Shown: positions 9,330-19,725 of the stretch, piece by piece
How the letters are laid out: each line of letters starts with the position of its first letter
Position numbering within the stretch: position 1 is the first letter of the stretch
Source of the DNA: Acidobacteriota bacterium
GTDB taxonomy: Bacteria; Acidobacteriota; UBA6911; RPQK01; JAJDTT01
Length of the DNA stretch: 64,000 bases
Direction: 5' to 3'
Assembly (NCBI GenBank): GCA_965217775.1
Contig: CBDCJH010000002.1
Span: 2,240,001-2,304,000, forward strand
Made by a program: the position numbers and the translations under genes
Notes under the pieces: generated by a model
What the model saw: only the letters and a program-made list of their open reading frames with translations
Told to the model about the DNA's origin: nothing
The model's database searches: none

Positions 9330-10568
9330 ATGATCCTCGATACCGTGGTCACGCACCCCGATTGGGCCGCCGCCTGGGGCAATTGGGGGAGGGTGGGGGT
9401 CCGCAGGATCGCGGACGCCTGCGCCGCCGGGGGCATCCGCAGGATCTACTGGAGAGCCAACTGCGGCTCCCGGGTCTTCTACCCCAGCCGTCTCGAGGAC
9501 ACCTTTCGGGGCGAGGACCGGGAAGCGTGCGAGGTCCCCGATTACTGGAAGGTCACGCTGGCCGAAACCGATTACTCAACCTGGAACCTGCTGGAGGAGG
9601 CCGTGGAGTGCACTCTCGGAGCCGGCCTGGAGCCCTGGGTCTGGTACGGTCTCTACGAAGAATCCCACGGCCAGGTCTCGCTGACCCGTTTCGCCCGCGA
9701 GCATCCCCAGTACCATGCGGTGGCCCGGGACGGACACCGGAGGTCCTCCCGGCTCGGCTTCGCCTATCCCGAAGTACGGCGCCACAAGCTGGCGGTCGTC
9801 GAGGAACTCATATCCTATGGCTTCCAGGGCGTCCTGTTGGACTTCGTCCGCCAGTTGCCCCGGATCGACGAGAACCTGCCTCCGCAACTGGACCGGCGGG
9901 GCGTCTGCCGGTATGGCTATGAGGCGCCGGCCCTGGAGAGTTACCGGCGGACCCATGGGATCGATCCCAGGGAACAACCCAACCACACCGATTCCTGGAT
10001 TCGCCATCGGGCCGCGTACGTCACCCGTTTCATGGCGGAGCTGGACCGGCAGCGGCGGACCAAGAGTGACGAATATCCCGTGAGCGTGCTGGTGTCGCCG
10101 GAGAGTCCCCTGAGTCAGGTCCTTCCCGACTGGCCCCGCTACGTCCGTGACGGACTCCTGGAGGAGACGAGCCTCTGGCGGATGCGAACCGACGCCCTGA
10201 GGGGCGCGCTGGTGGACTGGACGTCGTGGCTCGCCGGGGGACTCTGCCAGGAGGTCCACATCATGCTGCCCGAATGGAACTTGGCGCGGCTGGACCCGCA
10301 GGCCGTGGCACGGCAGATTCACCAGGCCAGGCAGGCGGCCGGCGACGGAGGCGGCATCCTGGCCGGAATCTACTGCTACAACATGGACCAACTGGGACTG
10401 CGGAAGGGCTCGGCACGGCTGGAATCGGGCGTCCGGGCGGCTCGGGAGGCGGGAGCCGAGGGCGTCGTCCTCTGGGAGTCCACGTCCATCGAGAGCTGGT
10501 CGGGATGGGACAAGTACCTCCCCTCGGGACTGTGGGCCACCGTCGCGCGGCTGGCCGGGGATGCTTGA
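9330..10568 (+). CDS. Glycoside hydrolase-like family 10 (DUF187-like) TIM-barrel protein
   Basis: GIRRIYWR; FAREHPQY; FAYPEVRRHKL..VEELISYGFQGVLLDFVR; GAEGVVLW. Start taken at ATG 9330. Confidence 0.6.
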   Translation: MILDTVVTHPDWAAAWGNWGRVGVRRIADACAAGGIRRIYWRANCGSRVFYPSRLEDTFRGEDREACEVPDYWKVTLAETDYSTWNLLEEAVECTLGAGLEPWVWYGLYEESHGQVSLTRFAREHPQYHAVARDGHRRSSRLGFAYPEVRRHKLAVVEELISYGFQGVLLDFVRQLPRIDENLPPQLDRRGVCRYGYEAPALESYRRTHGIDPREQPNHTDSWIRHRAAYVTRFMAELDRQRRTKSDEYPVSVLVSPESPLSQVLPDWPRYVRDGLLEETSLWRMRTDALRGALVDWTSWLAGGLCQEVHIMLPEWNLARLDPQAVARQIHQARQAAGDGGGILAGIYCYNMDQLGLRKGSARLESGVRAAREAGAEGVVLWESTSIESWSGWDKYLPSGLWATVARLAGDA

Positions 10569-10693
10569 ACCGCCGGAGGAGATTCGGCTAATATGGCCGC
10601 AGTCGACCGCAGGGGCCGGCGTCCATAATCGTCCTATTCCCGTTTCCGAGCGCCCTCGGACCGGGAGCCATGCACCGGAAAAAAGGAGTCGCC

Positions 10694-12013
10694 ATGAGCA
10701 AGTCATCCATCAGCCGCCGTCGATTTCTGTCTCGCTCCGCTGGAGTGGGGGCAGGATTGGCCGTCTCCGGGTTCCCCGGAATCGCCAGCGCCCGCAACGT
10801 GAACAATCGGATCAACGTGGGAATCGTGGGTCCGGGCGGCCGCGGCACGAGTCTCCTCAAGAACTTTTTTGCGCAGAACCATCGCTTCAACGCTCACCTG
10901 ACGGCAGTCGCCGATCTCTGGAGCTACCGGCGCGAAGAATCCTCCAAGTTCGTCACCGAAAGGCAGGGGCAGGCTCCCAAGGTGTACCGCCACCACGAAG
11001 AGATCCTGGCCGACGCCGATCTGGATGCCGTCATCATCGCGACTCCCGATCACGCCCACGCCCAGGTCCTGACGGCGGCCGCGGAAGCCGGCAAGGACGC
11101 GTACTGCGAGAAGCCCATGTCCAACGTCCTGGAGGAGGCCAACGACGCCCTGGACGCGGTCAGAAAGGCCGGAACCATCGTTCAGATCGGGACCCAGAGG
11201 CGCTCCTGGCCCAAGTACCGGCAGGCCGCCAAGATGATCGCCGACGGCATCATCGGCGACGTGGTCAAGGTGGATATCCTCTGGAACGCCTACAGTCCCT
11301 ACCGTTGGGCCGGGCGAGCCGACCAGCGCGCCATGGTCAAGGAAAGCGATGTGGATTGGACCAGTTGGCTCATGGGGAAACCCCACCGCCCCTTCGATGC
11401 CAGGATCTTCCGCTGCTTCCGCCTCTGGAAGGACTTCTCCAGCGGCATCATCGACCAGTGGATGACCCACGGAATCGACCTGGCCCACATGTTGGCCGGC
11501 GTGACGACTCCGTTGAGCGCCGTGGCCCACGGCGGCATCTACAAGTATAAGGACTGGAGAGAGAATCCGGACACCTTGGAAGTCGCCCTCGAGTACGAGA
11601 AGGGCGGCAATAAACTCATGGCCGTCTACTCCACCAATCTCATCAACGGCTACGGCAAGGCGACGCAGGTCCACGGCACTCTGGGCAGCTTCTCTCCCGG
11701 CGGCGGGATGGACTGGAAACAGGGCAAGGAGGAGCCCAACGCCGATCCGTCCCAGGGCTGGCGATTCACGGGCAAGGGCGTCAAGGCCGACGGGAAGGTC
11801 GGCGACGTGGTCGAGGTTCCCGATGCCCCGGGCGAAGTCAGCCACATGGCCAACTGGCTCGATGCGGTTCGGCAGCAGGATCCCAAGAGGCTCTACTGCA
11901 CGGTCGACGCGGGCTACGCCCACTCCATCGCCTGCATCATGTCCAACGACGCCTACTGGGCCGGCCGGCGCATGACCTTCGATCCGGTGAAGCGGACCAT
12001 CCAGGCGGGCTGA
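10694..12013 (+). CDS. Gfo/Idh/MocA oxidoreductase with Tat signal
   Basis: SRRRFL; IVGPGGRG; IATPDHAH; YCEKPM; QIGTQRRS. RBS AAGGAG before ATG 10694. Confidence 0.9.
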   Translation: MSKSSISRRRFLSRSAGVGAGLAVSGFPGIASARNVNNRINVGIVGPGGRGTSLLKNFFAQNHRFNAHLTAVADLWSYRREESSKFVTERQGQAPKVYRHHEEILADADLDAVIIATPDHAHAQVLTAAAEAGKDAYCEKPMSNVLEEANDALDAVRKAGTIVQIGTQRRSWPKYRQAAKMIADGIIGDVVKVDILWNAYSPYRWAGRADQRAMVKESDVDWTSWLMGKPHRPFDARIFRCFRLWKDFSSGIIDQWMTHGIDLAHMLAGVTTPLSAVAHGGIYKYKDWRENPDTLEVALEYEKGGNKLMAVYSTNLINGYGKATQVHGTLGSFSPGGGMDWKQGKEEPNADPSQGWRFTGKGVKADGKVGDVVEVPDAPGEVSHMANWLDAVRQQDPKRLYCTVDAGYAHSIACIMSNDAYWAGRRMTFDPVKRTIQAG

Positions 12014-12501
12014 ACGCCAAGCGACGCTTCCGGCCGAATTCGGTTGGCTAAAGCATCCATTCGGCGGCACGGATCGGCGAAGGGTGGACTTCGCTCGAGG
12101 AGAAGTTTGATGATTCCCCAGACCTTGGGAATCTCATCCCGGCTCCAAGCAAACTAGGGGTTTCGGCCGGGCGATCGGTCAGGCCGACTCCGATTCTATC
12201 GATCAGGACCGATCTGGTTGAGCTTCGGACCGGGACGAGAATGCATCTGGCCGGACTCCGGCGAGATTGCCAAGGTCAGGGCCATGGTGTCCAGTGTCGA
12301 CGCGGACTTCCAGGTGTTCGCCGCTCCGATCGCGATCATCCTCAAGAGCTCCGGGGAACGAAACATCATTGGTTCGGCGCCCGACGGCAAGATGCGTTCT
12401 CATAATCTCAAACGGCTACCCACCGTTGACCGAATCGTATCTCCCCCAACACGACTATTTCCCACAATGCCGCGCCTTTGACAAGAATTGAGGGAGTACC
12501 A

Positions 12502-13674
12502 GTGTTCATACACCGGATTACGCTGCGGAACGCTCTCTCGTTCGGTCCGACCCGGCAAGCTTTGACACTGAATCCACTCAATGTGTTGATCGGGCCGAAC
12601 GGTTCCGGCAAGTCGAACCTGATTGAGGTCGTGGGCTTGCTTCAGGCTGCGCCGACCGACTTGACCGCCCCGATTCGTGAGGGTGGAGGCACAGGAGAAT
12701 GGATCTGGAAGGGAGAGCCGAAGGCATCGTACGCAGAGGTAAGGGTCATTGTCGACAACCCGCATGGACCACAGCGCCTTCGTTTCGGCTTCAAATTCGC
12801 CGAACGCGGGCAGCGATTCGAATTGATCCAGGAAACAATAGAGAACGAAGAGCCTTTTGGACAACAGGTCGATCCATACATCTACTTCGAAGCTTCAGGG
12901 GGGAGAGCGACGCTGAACTATCTGGACGCTGAAGCCCAACGGCGGCAGTTGCGGACGGAAGACATCGACATGGAACAATCGATTCTGGCGCAGCGCAAAG
13001 ATCCCGATCACTACCCCGAACTCACCTACCTTGGGAAGGAATTCAGCACCATGCGCTTGTATCGGGAGTGGTCTTTTGGGCGCTATACGCCACCCCGCCG
13101 GCCTCAGAAATCCAACCTTCCCAATGATTTTCTCGCAGAAGACGGTAGGAACTTGGGATTGGTGCTCAATCGGTTGGCACGGAAATATGAGGTCAAGCAG
13201 CGCATCCTCAAAGCTCTGCATGACCTCTACGATGGTGTGTCGGATTTCCATGTGAATGTTGAGTATGGGACGGTCCAGGTGTTCATGCAGGAAGGCAACG
13301 TGACTGTGCCGGCGACACGATTATCGGACGGCACGCTACGATATCTCTGCCTGTTGGCGGTTCTCTGCGATCCAGACCCTCCGCCGCTGGTCTGTATCGA
13401 GGAACCCGAACTGGGCCTGCACCCCGATGTACTCCCGGTCTTGGCGGATCTCCTGCGTGAGGCGTCCAAACGGTGTCAGTTGATTGTCACGACGCACTCG
13501 GACACGCTCATCGATGCGCTGACGGAGACACCGGAAAGCGTTGTGGTCTGCGAGAAAATCAACCGGCAGACGACCTTGAAACGTCTCGATAAAAGCAAAC
13601 TGGCTCACTGGCTCGACAAGTACCGGCTCGGGGAACTCTGGAGTGCTGGAGAACTCGGAGGAAATCGCTGGTGA
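12502..13674 (+). CDS. ABC-type AAA ATPase (AAA_21/AAA_15-like)
   Basis: LIGPNGSGKSN Walker A; LSDGT signature; CIEEPELGLHP Walker B/D-loop; TTHS; C-terminal LGELW.AGELGG. GTG start after GAGGGAG. Confidence 0.88.
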   Translation: MFIHRITLRNALSFGPTRQALTLNPLNVLIGPNGSGKSNLIEVVGLLQAAPTDLTAPIREGGGTGEWIWKGEPKASYAEVRVIVDNPHGPQRLRFGFKFAERGQRFELIQETIENEEPFGQQVDPYIYFEASGGRATLNYLDAEAQRRQLRTEDIDMEQSILAQRKDPDHYPELTYLGKEFSTMRLYREWSFGRYTPPRRPQKSNLPNDFLAEDGRNLGLVLNRLARKYEVKQRILKALHDLYDGVSDFHVNVEYGTVQVFMQEGNVTVPATRLSDGTLRYLCLLAVLCDPDPPPLVCIEEPELGLHPDVLPVLADLLREASKRCQLIVTTHSDTLIDALTETPESVVVCEKINRQTTLKRLDKSKLAHWLDKYRLGELWSAGELGGNRW

Positions 13675-14276
13675 ACGCCAAGGTCTACGTGGAGGGAGGC
13701 GGAGACAGGAGAGAGCTGAGGGCCAGATGCCGCAAAGGTTTCAGTTGCTTCTTCCGCAAGACGGCTCTGGCCGGAAAGATGCCACGAGTCATCGCCTGTG
13801 GTGGTCGGCACAAGGCTTATGACAGATTCTGTACCGCTATCGCCCACGCGAAGGCGGACGTTTTCATCGTTCTGCTGGTCGACAGCGAGGAGCCGGTGAC
13901 GGCTTGTCCGTGGCGGCACGTGAGGGGTCGCGACAACTGGCGCAAGCCCCCCAACGCCACCGACAACAACGTTCATCTCATGGTCCAGTGTATGGAATCC
14001 TGGTTCTTGGCCGACACGGAAGCCTTGGCATCATACTTCGGGAACGGGTTCGCCCGGAATGCGCTTCCAGGTCACGCCAAGGTTGAAGATGTTTCGAAGA
14101 CCGCCCTCATGGAGTCCCTGAAGAGGGCAACGCGGGCGTCTGTCCCCAAGGGGACGTATCACAAGGGGAAACACTCGTTTGATATTCTCTCTTCACTGGA
14201 TCCTCAGAAAGTAGCCGAGGCGTCCCCTTATGTTAAAAGGCTCCTCGGCACGCTGTTGAACAAGTCATCTGAATAA
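13671..14276 (+). CDS. DUF4276-like (Toprim-like) partner of the AAA ATPase
   Basis: VYVEGGG; IACGGR; LLVDSE; MVQCMESWFLAD; YHKGKHS. GTGA overlap with the ATPase. Confidence 0.75.
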   Translation: MNAKVYVEGGGDRRELRARCRKGFSCFFRKTALAGKMPRVIACGGRHKAYDRFCTAIAHAKADVFIVLLVDSEEPVTACPWRHVRGRDNWRKPPNATDNNVHLMVQCMESWFLADTEALASYFGNGFARNALPGHAKVEDVSKTALMESLKRATRASVPKGTYHKGKHSFDILSSLDPQKVAEASPYVKRLLGTLLNKSSE

Positions 14277-14384
14277 TGATTCCGTTCTCAAACGTCCCCC
14301 GTCGGTCTGGCTGACCCGGCAGACCGCCTGGTGGCGGCAACGTTCAGAATCCGTCACCCGCTGCCAGCCCGCCACGAAGCGAGT

Positions 14385-15746
14385 TCAGACGAGCCGTCGA
14401 AACCCGGTGTGTTTCACCGGGCCGCCGATCCGCGGCTCGATATCTCCCTTCTGAATCGCCTCAGCCAGTTCTTGGAACACCGGCTCGCAGGCCTCCAGGA
14501 ACTGCTCCACGTGCGTCTCCTGGTGGGCAAAAGTGGGATAGAAGCCGCCGGCCACCAGGAATCCCCGGTCCAGCATGCGCACGGTCCAAAGAGTCTGAAG
14601 AGCCGCCGCTTCGGGATGGTCGAAATGGTAGAAGGTGAGGGCCGGATGACCGGTGGCTCCGAAGGGGACTCCGCAACGGTCTCCCAGTTCCTTCAGGCCC
14701 TGCCTGGCCGCTTCCCCGATCCGCGCCACGTGTGAGCGAACGTCCTCCCTCTGAAACTTGCGGATGGTGGCCAGGGCGGCCGTGGGACCCACCGCCTCCG
14801 TCCAGAGCGCGCTGGAGATGAAGCTGTTCTGGGCCGCCTGCATGATCTCGCGCCGGCCCACTACAGCCGAGATGGGGTGCCCGTTTCCGGTGGTCTTGGC
14901 GAATACCGCCATGTCCGGCTCCAGCCCGTACTTCAGGTGGGCGCCTCCCAGCCAGAGCCTCCAGCCGATGGTGATCTCATCCATGATCAGGCAGGCTCCG
15001 CAACGGGTGGCCAGTTCCCGGATCTCCTCCAGGAACCCGGGATTGGGATCGTAGTTGCGGGTCGGCTCCATGACGATGGCGGCCAGTCTCGAGCCGTGCC
15101 GGTCCACGATGGCTCTGAGTTCCTCGATCTTGTTATAGGTGAACGGCATGGCCGTGCCGGCCAGCCCGCTGGGCACGCCTGCCGGTTCCAGCCCCGGCAT
15201 CAGGTGTCCCCCTCCCAACCGGTCCACCGTCTCTTCGCTGCGGTCGACGGGAAGATTGGCGGCCAGGTACCAGTCGTGCCAACCGTGGTAGCCGCAGAAC
15301 GCCACCTTGTCCCTCCCGGTATAGGCTCGAGCGATCCGCACCGCGATGGTCATGCTCTCTCCGCCAAGCCGCCCGAACCGCACCATCTGAGCCCAGGGAT
15401 GGAGTTCCAGAATCAGTTCGGCCAACTCCACCTCATCGGGGGGATTCAAGGAAGACATGCAACCGTTGCGCACCCGCCGGATGACCGCCTCGGTCACGTC
15501 AGGATCGGCATACCCCAGGAGCGTGGCGCCAATGCCGGCCATGGACATGTCGACGTAGTGGTTTCCGTCCACGTCCACGGTCTCGCAGCCCTGGGCCTGG
15601 GCGAAGTAGGCCGGCCACTGCCCCGGAGCGGTCATTTCCTGGCGCTTGCCGTAGAGCTGCGTCGCGCCGGGGATGAGCTCCCGGGCCCGGTCATACATCT
15701 TCTGACCCAAGATTCTCTTATTTCCTTTTTTATTGACTATTTGCAA
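14385..15746 (-). CDS. Class III aminotransferase (glutamate-1-semialdehyde aminomutase-like)
   Basis: DVDGNHYVD; CGYHGWHDW; MDEITIGWR; PDMAVFAKTTGNG. TTG start after AGGAG. Confidence 0.82.
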   Translation of the reverse strand: MQIVNKKGNKRILGQKMYDRARELIPGATQLYGKRQEMTAPGQWPAYFAQAQGCETVDVDGNHYVDMSMAGIGATLLGYADPDVTEAVIRRVRNGCMSSLNPPDEVELAELILELHPWAQMVRFGRLGGESMTIAVRIARAYTGRDKVAFCGYHGWHDWYLAANLPVDRSEETVDRLGGGHLMPGLEPAGVPSGLAGTAMPFTYNKIEELRAIVDRHGSRLAAIVMEPTRNYDPNPGFLEEIRELATRCGACLIMDEITIGWRLWLGGAHLKYGLEPDMAVFAKTTGNGHPISAVVGRREIMQAAQNSFISSALWTEAVGPTAALATIRKFQREDVRSHVARIGEAARQGLKELGDRCGVPFGATGHPALTFYHFDHPEAAALQTLWTVRMLDRGFLVAGGFYPTFAHQETHVEQFLEACEPVFQELAEAIQKGDIEPRIGGPVKHTGFRRLV

Positions 15747-15974
15747 TTTACTGTCTCCTAAGTTACCTGACCTTCATCCAAGCACTTCAAGTGAAACTTC
15801 ACCCCGAATTTGATGCGAAACATATCCAACCGCAGGTGCCCGGTCAACATTCTCGGGCGGCTGTGCCCATCAGTTCCGGGGTCTCCCGACGGGCTCGCGA
15901 AGCGGACCTCGATCCAATATGATGGGGCGCCCTGAGGAGGACTCTCCTCCTCCGACCAAGGGAGAGCAACGAAC

Positions 15975-17117
15975 ATGGTGTACGACCCCGGAAAGATCTA
16001 TCGCGCCGCCCTCATCGGTTGCGGCTCCATGGGCAGCTACTGCATGGACGAGCTCCAGAACGCGACGGGCCGGATCCTGCTCCCCTTCGGACACGCGGAG
16101 ATCCTGAAGACCCATCCCAGGACCCGGTTGGTTGCGGGGGCGGACCCGGACCGGGGACGCCTGGAGGACTTCGGAAAACGATGGGAGGTCGACGCCCTCT
16201 ATTCGGACCACCGCGAGATGCTGGAAGCCGAGCGCCCAGAAATCGTAGCCATCGCCAGCCCCCCCGATTTCCATGCCCCCCAGGTCGTCGACTGCGCCCA
16301 GAGTGGAGTCAAGGGCATCTTCTGCGAAAAACCGTTCACCACCAAATTGGCGCTGGCCGACCGGATGATCGAGTCCTGCCGCAAGACCGGCACCCGCTTG
16401 GCCGTCAACCACACTCGCAGGGGCGATCCCCTGATCCTCCGTTCACGCCGCCTCCTGGACGAGGGGCGCATCGGAGAGGTCCTCAGCATCGTCGCCACCT
16501 GGCCCGGACGCCTCTTCCTGTCGGGAACCCACTGGTTCGATCTGGTGAACTACCTGGCCGGAGACTCGCCGCCGGCCTGGGTCGTGGGGCACTCGGAAGA
16601 TCCCGAAATATCGATGGTGGCCATTCCCACCCAGCGGGGACGGGATCTGGGCGGCACCCTCTACGCCGTGTATCCGAACGGGATCCGGGCCTTCTTCAAC
16701 GGCAGGGACAGTCACGCGGGCTATCGCGTGGAGGTGAACGGCACCCAGGGCGTGCTCAACATCGAACCTAACGGAGTCCGCCTCTGGAAGATCAATGCGG
16801 GGAGCGTGTTCCGGGAGCTCCTGGAACACCCGTTTCCCCAGATGATGCACCATACCGCGCCCATGGTTTACCTCCTGGAAGACCTGCTGGAGGCGGTGGA
16901 AACGGGCCGCGAGCCCCTCTCCAACGGAATCACGGCCCGGAACGCCCTGGAACTGATCCTGGCGACCCATGATTCCTCCCGGAGAGGCAACGTCAAGATC
17001 CAACTGCCCTTGCAAGATCGAGAGCTGAGGCCTCCATTCCGGTGGCAGAATCCTGACGGCTCCACGTTCTACAGCGCGACCGCAGGAGACGGCTCTCCTC
17101 CCTCCGATGATTCGTAA
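15975..17117 (+). CDS. Gfo/Idh/MocA oxidoreductase
   Basis: IGCGSMG; FCEKP; VNHTRR; GTHWFDL. Confidence 0.88.
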   Translation: MVYDPGKIYRAALIGCGSMGSYCMDELQNATGRILLPFGHAEILKTHPRTRLVAGADPDRGRLEDFGKRWEVDALYSDHREMLEAERPEIVAIASPPDFHAPQVVDCAQSGVKGIFCEKPFTTKLALADRMIESCRKTGTRLAVNHTRRGDPLILRSRRLLDEGRIGEVLSIVATWPGRLFLSGTHWFDLVNYLAGDSPPAWVVGHSEDPEISMVAIPTQRGRDLGGTLYAVYPNGIRAFFNGRDSHAGYRVEVNGTQGVLNIEPNGVRLWKINAGSVFRELLEHPFPQMMHHTAPMVYLLEDLLEAVETGREPLSNGITARNALELILATHDSSRRGNVKIQLPLQDRELRPPFRWQNPDGSTFYSATAGDGSPPSDDS

Positions 17118-18726
17118 CCACCGCCTCCTGCTCGCCAAGCTGGTCTTTCTGCTGGGATGGACCTCGTCGTGCGCCCCCGCCACCGACACCGGATTTGATC
17201 CCGCCGGCGACACCGACCGGTCCGAGAGCCTCCGTTTCGCGTGGCAGGGAGATCTGACGCCCATGTGGCACCCTTCCGGATACGAAACCTTCAGTCAGGC
17301 GGTGATTTTCTTCCTCCTCTTCAACAAGCTGGTCCGCCTGGGTCCGGACCTGACGACCATACTTCCCGACTTGGCCGAGAGTTGGGAGGTCTCCCCCGAC
17401 GCCCGCGTCTTCACGTTCCGGTTGCGGCGGGACGTCCGCTGGCACGACGGCGAACCCTTCACCGCCCGGGACGTGGAGTTCAGCTTCAGCCGCCAGCTCC
17501 TGGAGCCCTACCGGTACGTCAAATTCGCCGGCGGGATCGCCGGAGCGGAAGCCTATGAGGAGGGAAGGTCCGACCGTCTGGAGGGCCTGGAGGCGCTCGA
17601 CGACTTCACGGTTCGAATTACGCTTCGGGGACCCGACGTCACGTTCCTGCAGAAACTCGCCGAGCCGTCCATGGTGATCATTCCGTCTCACCTCCTGGCG
17701 GGAGTCGAGCCCGACGCCGTGCAGTCGGCGTCCTTCACCACCACTCGTCCCGTGGGAACCGGTCCCTTTCGCTTCGTGAAATACTTGACCGACCTCTACC
17801 TGGAGTTGGAGTCGAATCCGGACTACTTCCGGGGCGCCCCCTCGATTCGCAGGGTCTACATGAAACGTCTCCGGCCGGAGGTGACGGTGGCGCAACTGGA
17901 GAGCGGGGAGCTGGACCTGGGAATGCGGCTTCAACTTCTGGACTACGACCGGTTGGCGGCCCTGCCCCACCTGGAGACGACGACCCGTTCCGGCATCGGC
18001 ATGATCTCGGTGGGGTTCCCCCTGGACCGCCCCGTGGTTCAGGACCGCCGCCTGCGCCAGGCCATCTACTGCGCCATCGATCGGAAGACCGTGGCCCGAA
18101 CCCTGTTCCGGGGCCGTGCCAAGGCCATGGAGGGGATCCCGCTCGGCATGGAGCCGGACGCGAGACTCGACCCCTACGAGCACGACCTGGAAAGAGCCAG
18201 GAGGTTGTTGAAGGAGTCGGGCTTCGACACGGCGACTCCGCTGCGCCTCATCTACGACCAGACTTATCCCCGCGCGGCCCAGATCTATCCCATCATCGGC
18301 CAACAGTTGAGAGCCTTGGGACTGAGGGTGCAGTTGGAGGCCATGGAATCGACGGCGTACATCGCCCGCCGCTACGAGCAGCGGGACACCTACGAAATGT
18401 CGGGGAGCCATGGCGGAGCCTACGGTCTCGGGCCTCACGTGACCTCCACCTACTTCAACTGCCGGCGGGCCGACTGGCAGTATGGCTATACCAATTGCGA
18501 TCTGGAGCGCTACTTTGAGGAAGCGACGGCCACCGTGGACCCGGACCGGCGGCGGGACCTCTACTTCCAAGCCGCCCGCCTGCTGAACCGGGACCTGCCC
18601 CTCCTGCCCCTCTGGGCGCCCGACGAGGTCCACGCGCGCCATGGTCGGCTGGGGGGTGGCTTTGCTCTCCACCGGGACGCACGCCGGACGTTCGGCAACA
18701 TCGAGACCTGGACCTTGAAGCCCTAG
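17107..18726 (+). CDS. ABC transporter substrate-binding lipoprotein (family 5, peptide/nickel)
   Basis: Lipobox-like TSSC; PDLAESWEVS..FTFRLRRDVRWHDGEPFTARDV; PVGTGPF. Confidence 0.9.
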   Translation: MIRNHRLLLAKLVFLLGWTSSCAPATDTGFDPAGDTDRSESLRFAWQGDLTPMWHPSGYETFSQAVIFFLLFNKLVRLGPDLTTILPDLAESWEVSPDARVFTFRLRRDVRWHDGEPFTARDVEFSFSRQLLEPYRYVKFAGGIAGAEAYEEGRSDRLEGLEALDDFTVRITLRGPDVTFLQKLAEPSMVIIPSHLLAGVEPDAVQSASFTTTRPVGTGPFRFVKYLTDLYLELESNPDYFRGAPSIRRVYMKRLRPEVTVAQLESGELDLGMRLQLLDYDRLAALPHLETTTRSGIGMISVGFPLDRPVVQDRRLRQAIYCAIDRKTVARTLFRGRAKAMEGIPLGMEPDARLDPYEHDLERARRLLKESGFDTATPLRLIYDQTYPRAAQIYPIIGQQLRALGLRVQLEAMESTAYIARRYEQRDTYEMSGSHGGAYGLGPHVTSTYFNCRRADWQYGYTNCDLERYFEEATATVDPDRRRDLYFQAARLLNRDLPLLPLWAPDEVHARHGRLGGGFALHRDARRTFGNIETWTLKP

Positions 18727-18741
18727 CCGAGAAGGCCAGCC

Positions 18742-19725
18742 ATGGGCCGTTACCTGCTCCGCCGCCTGCTGATCGCGATCCCGGTGCTCTTGGGCATCAC
18801 CTTCGTCGCCTTCGCGGCATTGGCGCTGGCTCCGGGAGACCCGATTCTGGCCCGGATCGATCCCAGCATCCTGGCCCAGCAGTCGCCGGAGTGGATCGAG
18901 GAGCGCCGCCGCGAGCTGGGACTGGACCGACCCATTCCCGTCCAATACGCGAAATGGCTAACCGGTCTTGTCCAGGGGGATCTGGGTTACTCGGTGGCGA
19001 CCCGCCGGTCGGTGGGTGCCGAGCTGCGGACGCGTCTTCCGGTCAGCCTGAAGCTCATGGGTGCGGCCCTGTTGTTCGGGATTGTCATCGGAATCCCATT
19101 CGGCGCGCTGGCCGCGCTCAAGCAACACTCGCGGCTGGACTATGCCCTCAGCTCCCTCACCATGCTCCTGATCTCCACCCCGACCTTTTTCCTCGGACTG
19201 CTGGCCATCTATCTGTTCGGTGTCCATCTGAGGCTGCTGCCGACGGGTGGCATGGCGACCCTGGGTACCGTCCCCAACCTGGCCGATCAGATCCGGCACC
19301 TGGTGCTGCCGGCCACGGTCCTGGGACTGCGGAACGCCGCCCTGCTGATGCGGCACACGCGGAGCAGCCTGTTGGAGGTCCTCCGTGAAGATCACGTGAC
19401 CACGGCCCGCGGCAAGGGATTGTCCCAGCGGGTCGTGTTCCTGCGTCATGTCCTGAGGAACGCCCTCATCCCCATCATCAGCGTCCTGGGATTCCTGCTG
19501 CCCGAGTTGGTGGTGGGAGCGGTGATCACGGAACAGGTCTTCGCCTGGCCGGGGATGGGATTCATGGCCGTTCGAGCGGCGGCGGACCGCGACCCCTCCA
19601 TGCTCATGGGAGTGGTCCTGGTGGTGGGAATCGGAGTCCTCCTGAGCTCCCTGCTGGCGGACATCGGCTACGCCATCGCCGACCCCAGGGTCCGCTTCGC
19701 CCGAAAGCAGAGAACATGGATCTGA
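18742..19725 (+). CDS. ABC transporter permease (DppB/OppB-like)
   Basis: LGLDRPIPVQY; GDLGYS; TARGKGLS (EAA loop); VITEQVFAWPGMG; ADPRVR. Confidence 0.9.
   Translation: MGRYLLRRLLIAIPVLLGITFVAFAALALAPGDPILARIDPSILAQQSPEWIEERRRELGLDRPIPVQYAKWLTGLVQGDLGYSVATRRSVGAELRTRLPVSLKLMGAALLFGIVIGIPFGALAALKQHSRLDYALSSLTMLLISTPTFFLGLLAIYLFGVHLRLLPTGGMATLGTVPNLADQIRHLVLPATVLGLRNAALLMRHTRSSLLEVLREDHVTTARGKGLSQRVVFLRHVLRNALIPIISVLGFLLPELVVGAVITEQVFAWPGMGFMAVRAAADRDPSMLMGVVLVVGIGVLLSSLLADIGYAIADPRVRFARKQRTWI

Noticed and set aside
12218-12481. Possible gene remnant upstream of the AAA ATPase
   Set aside because: Codon-like stretch, but no recognisable motif, RBS or reliable start.
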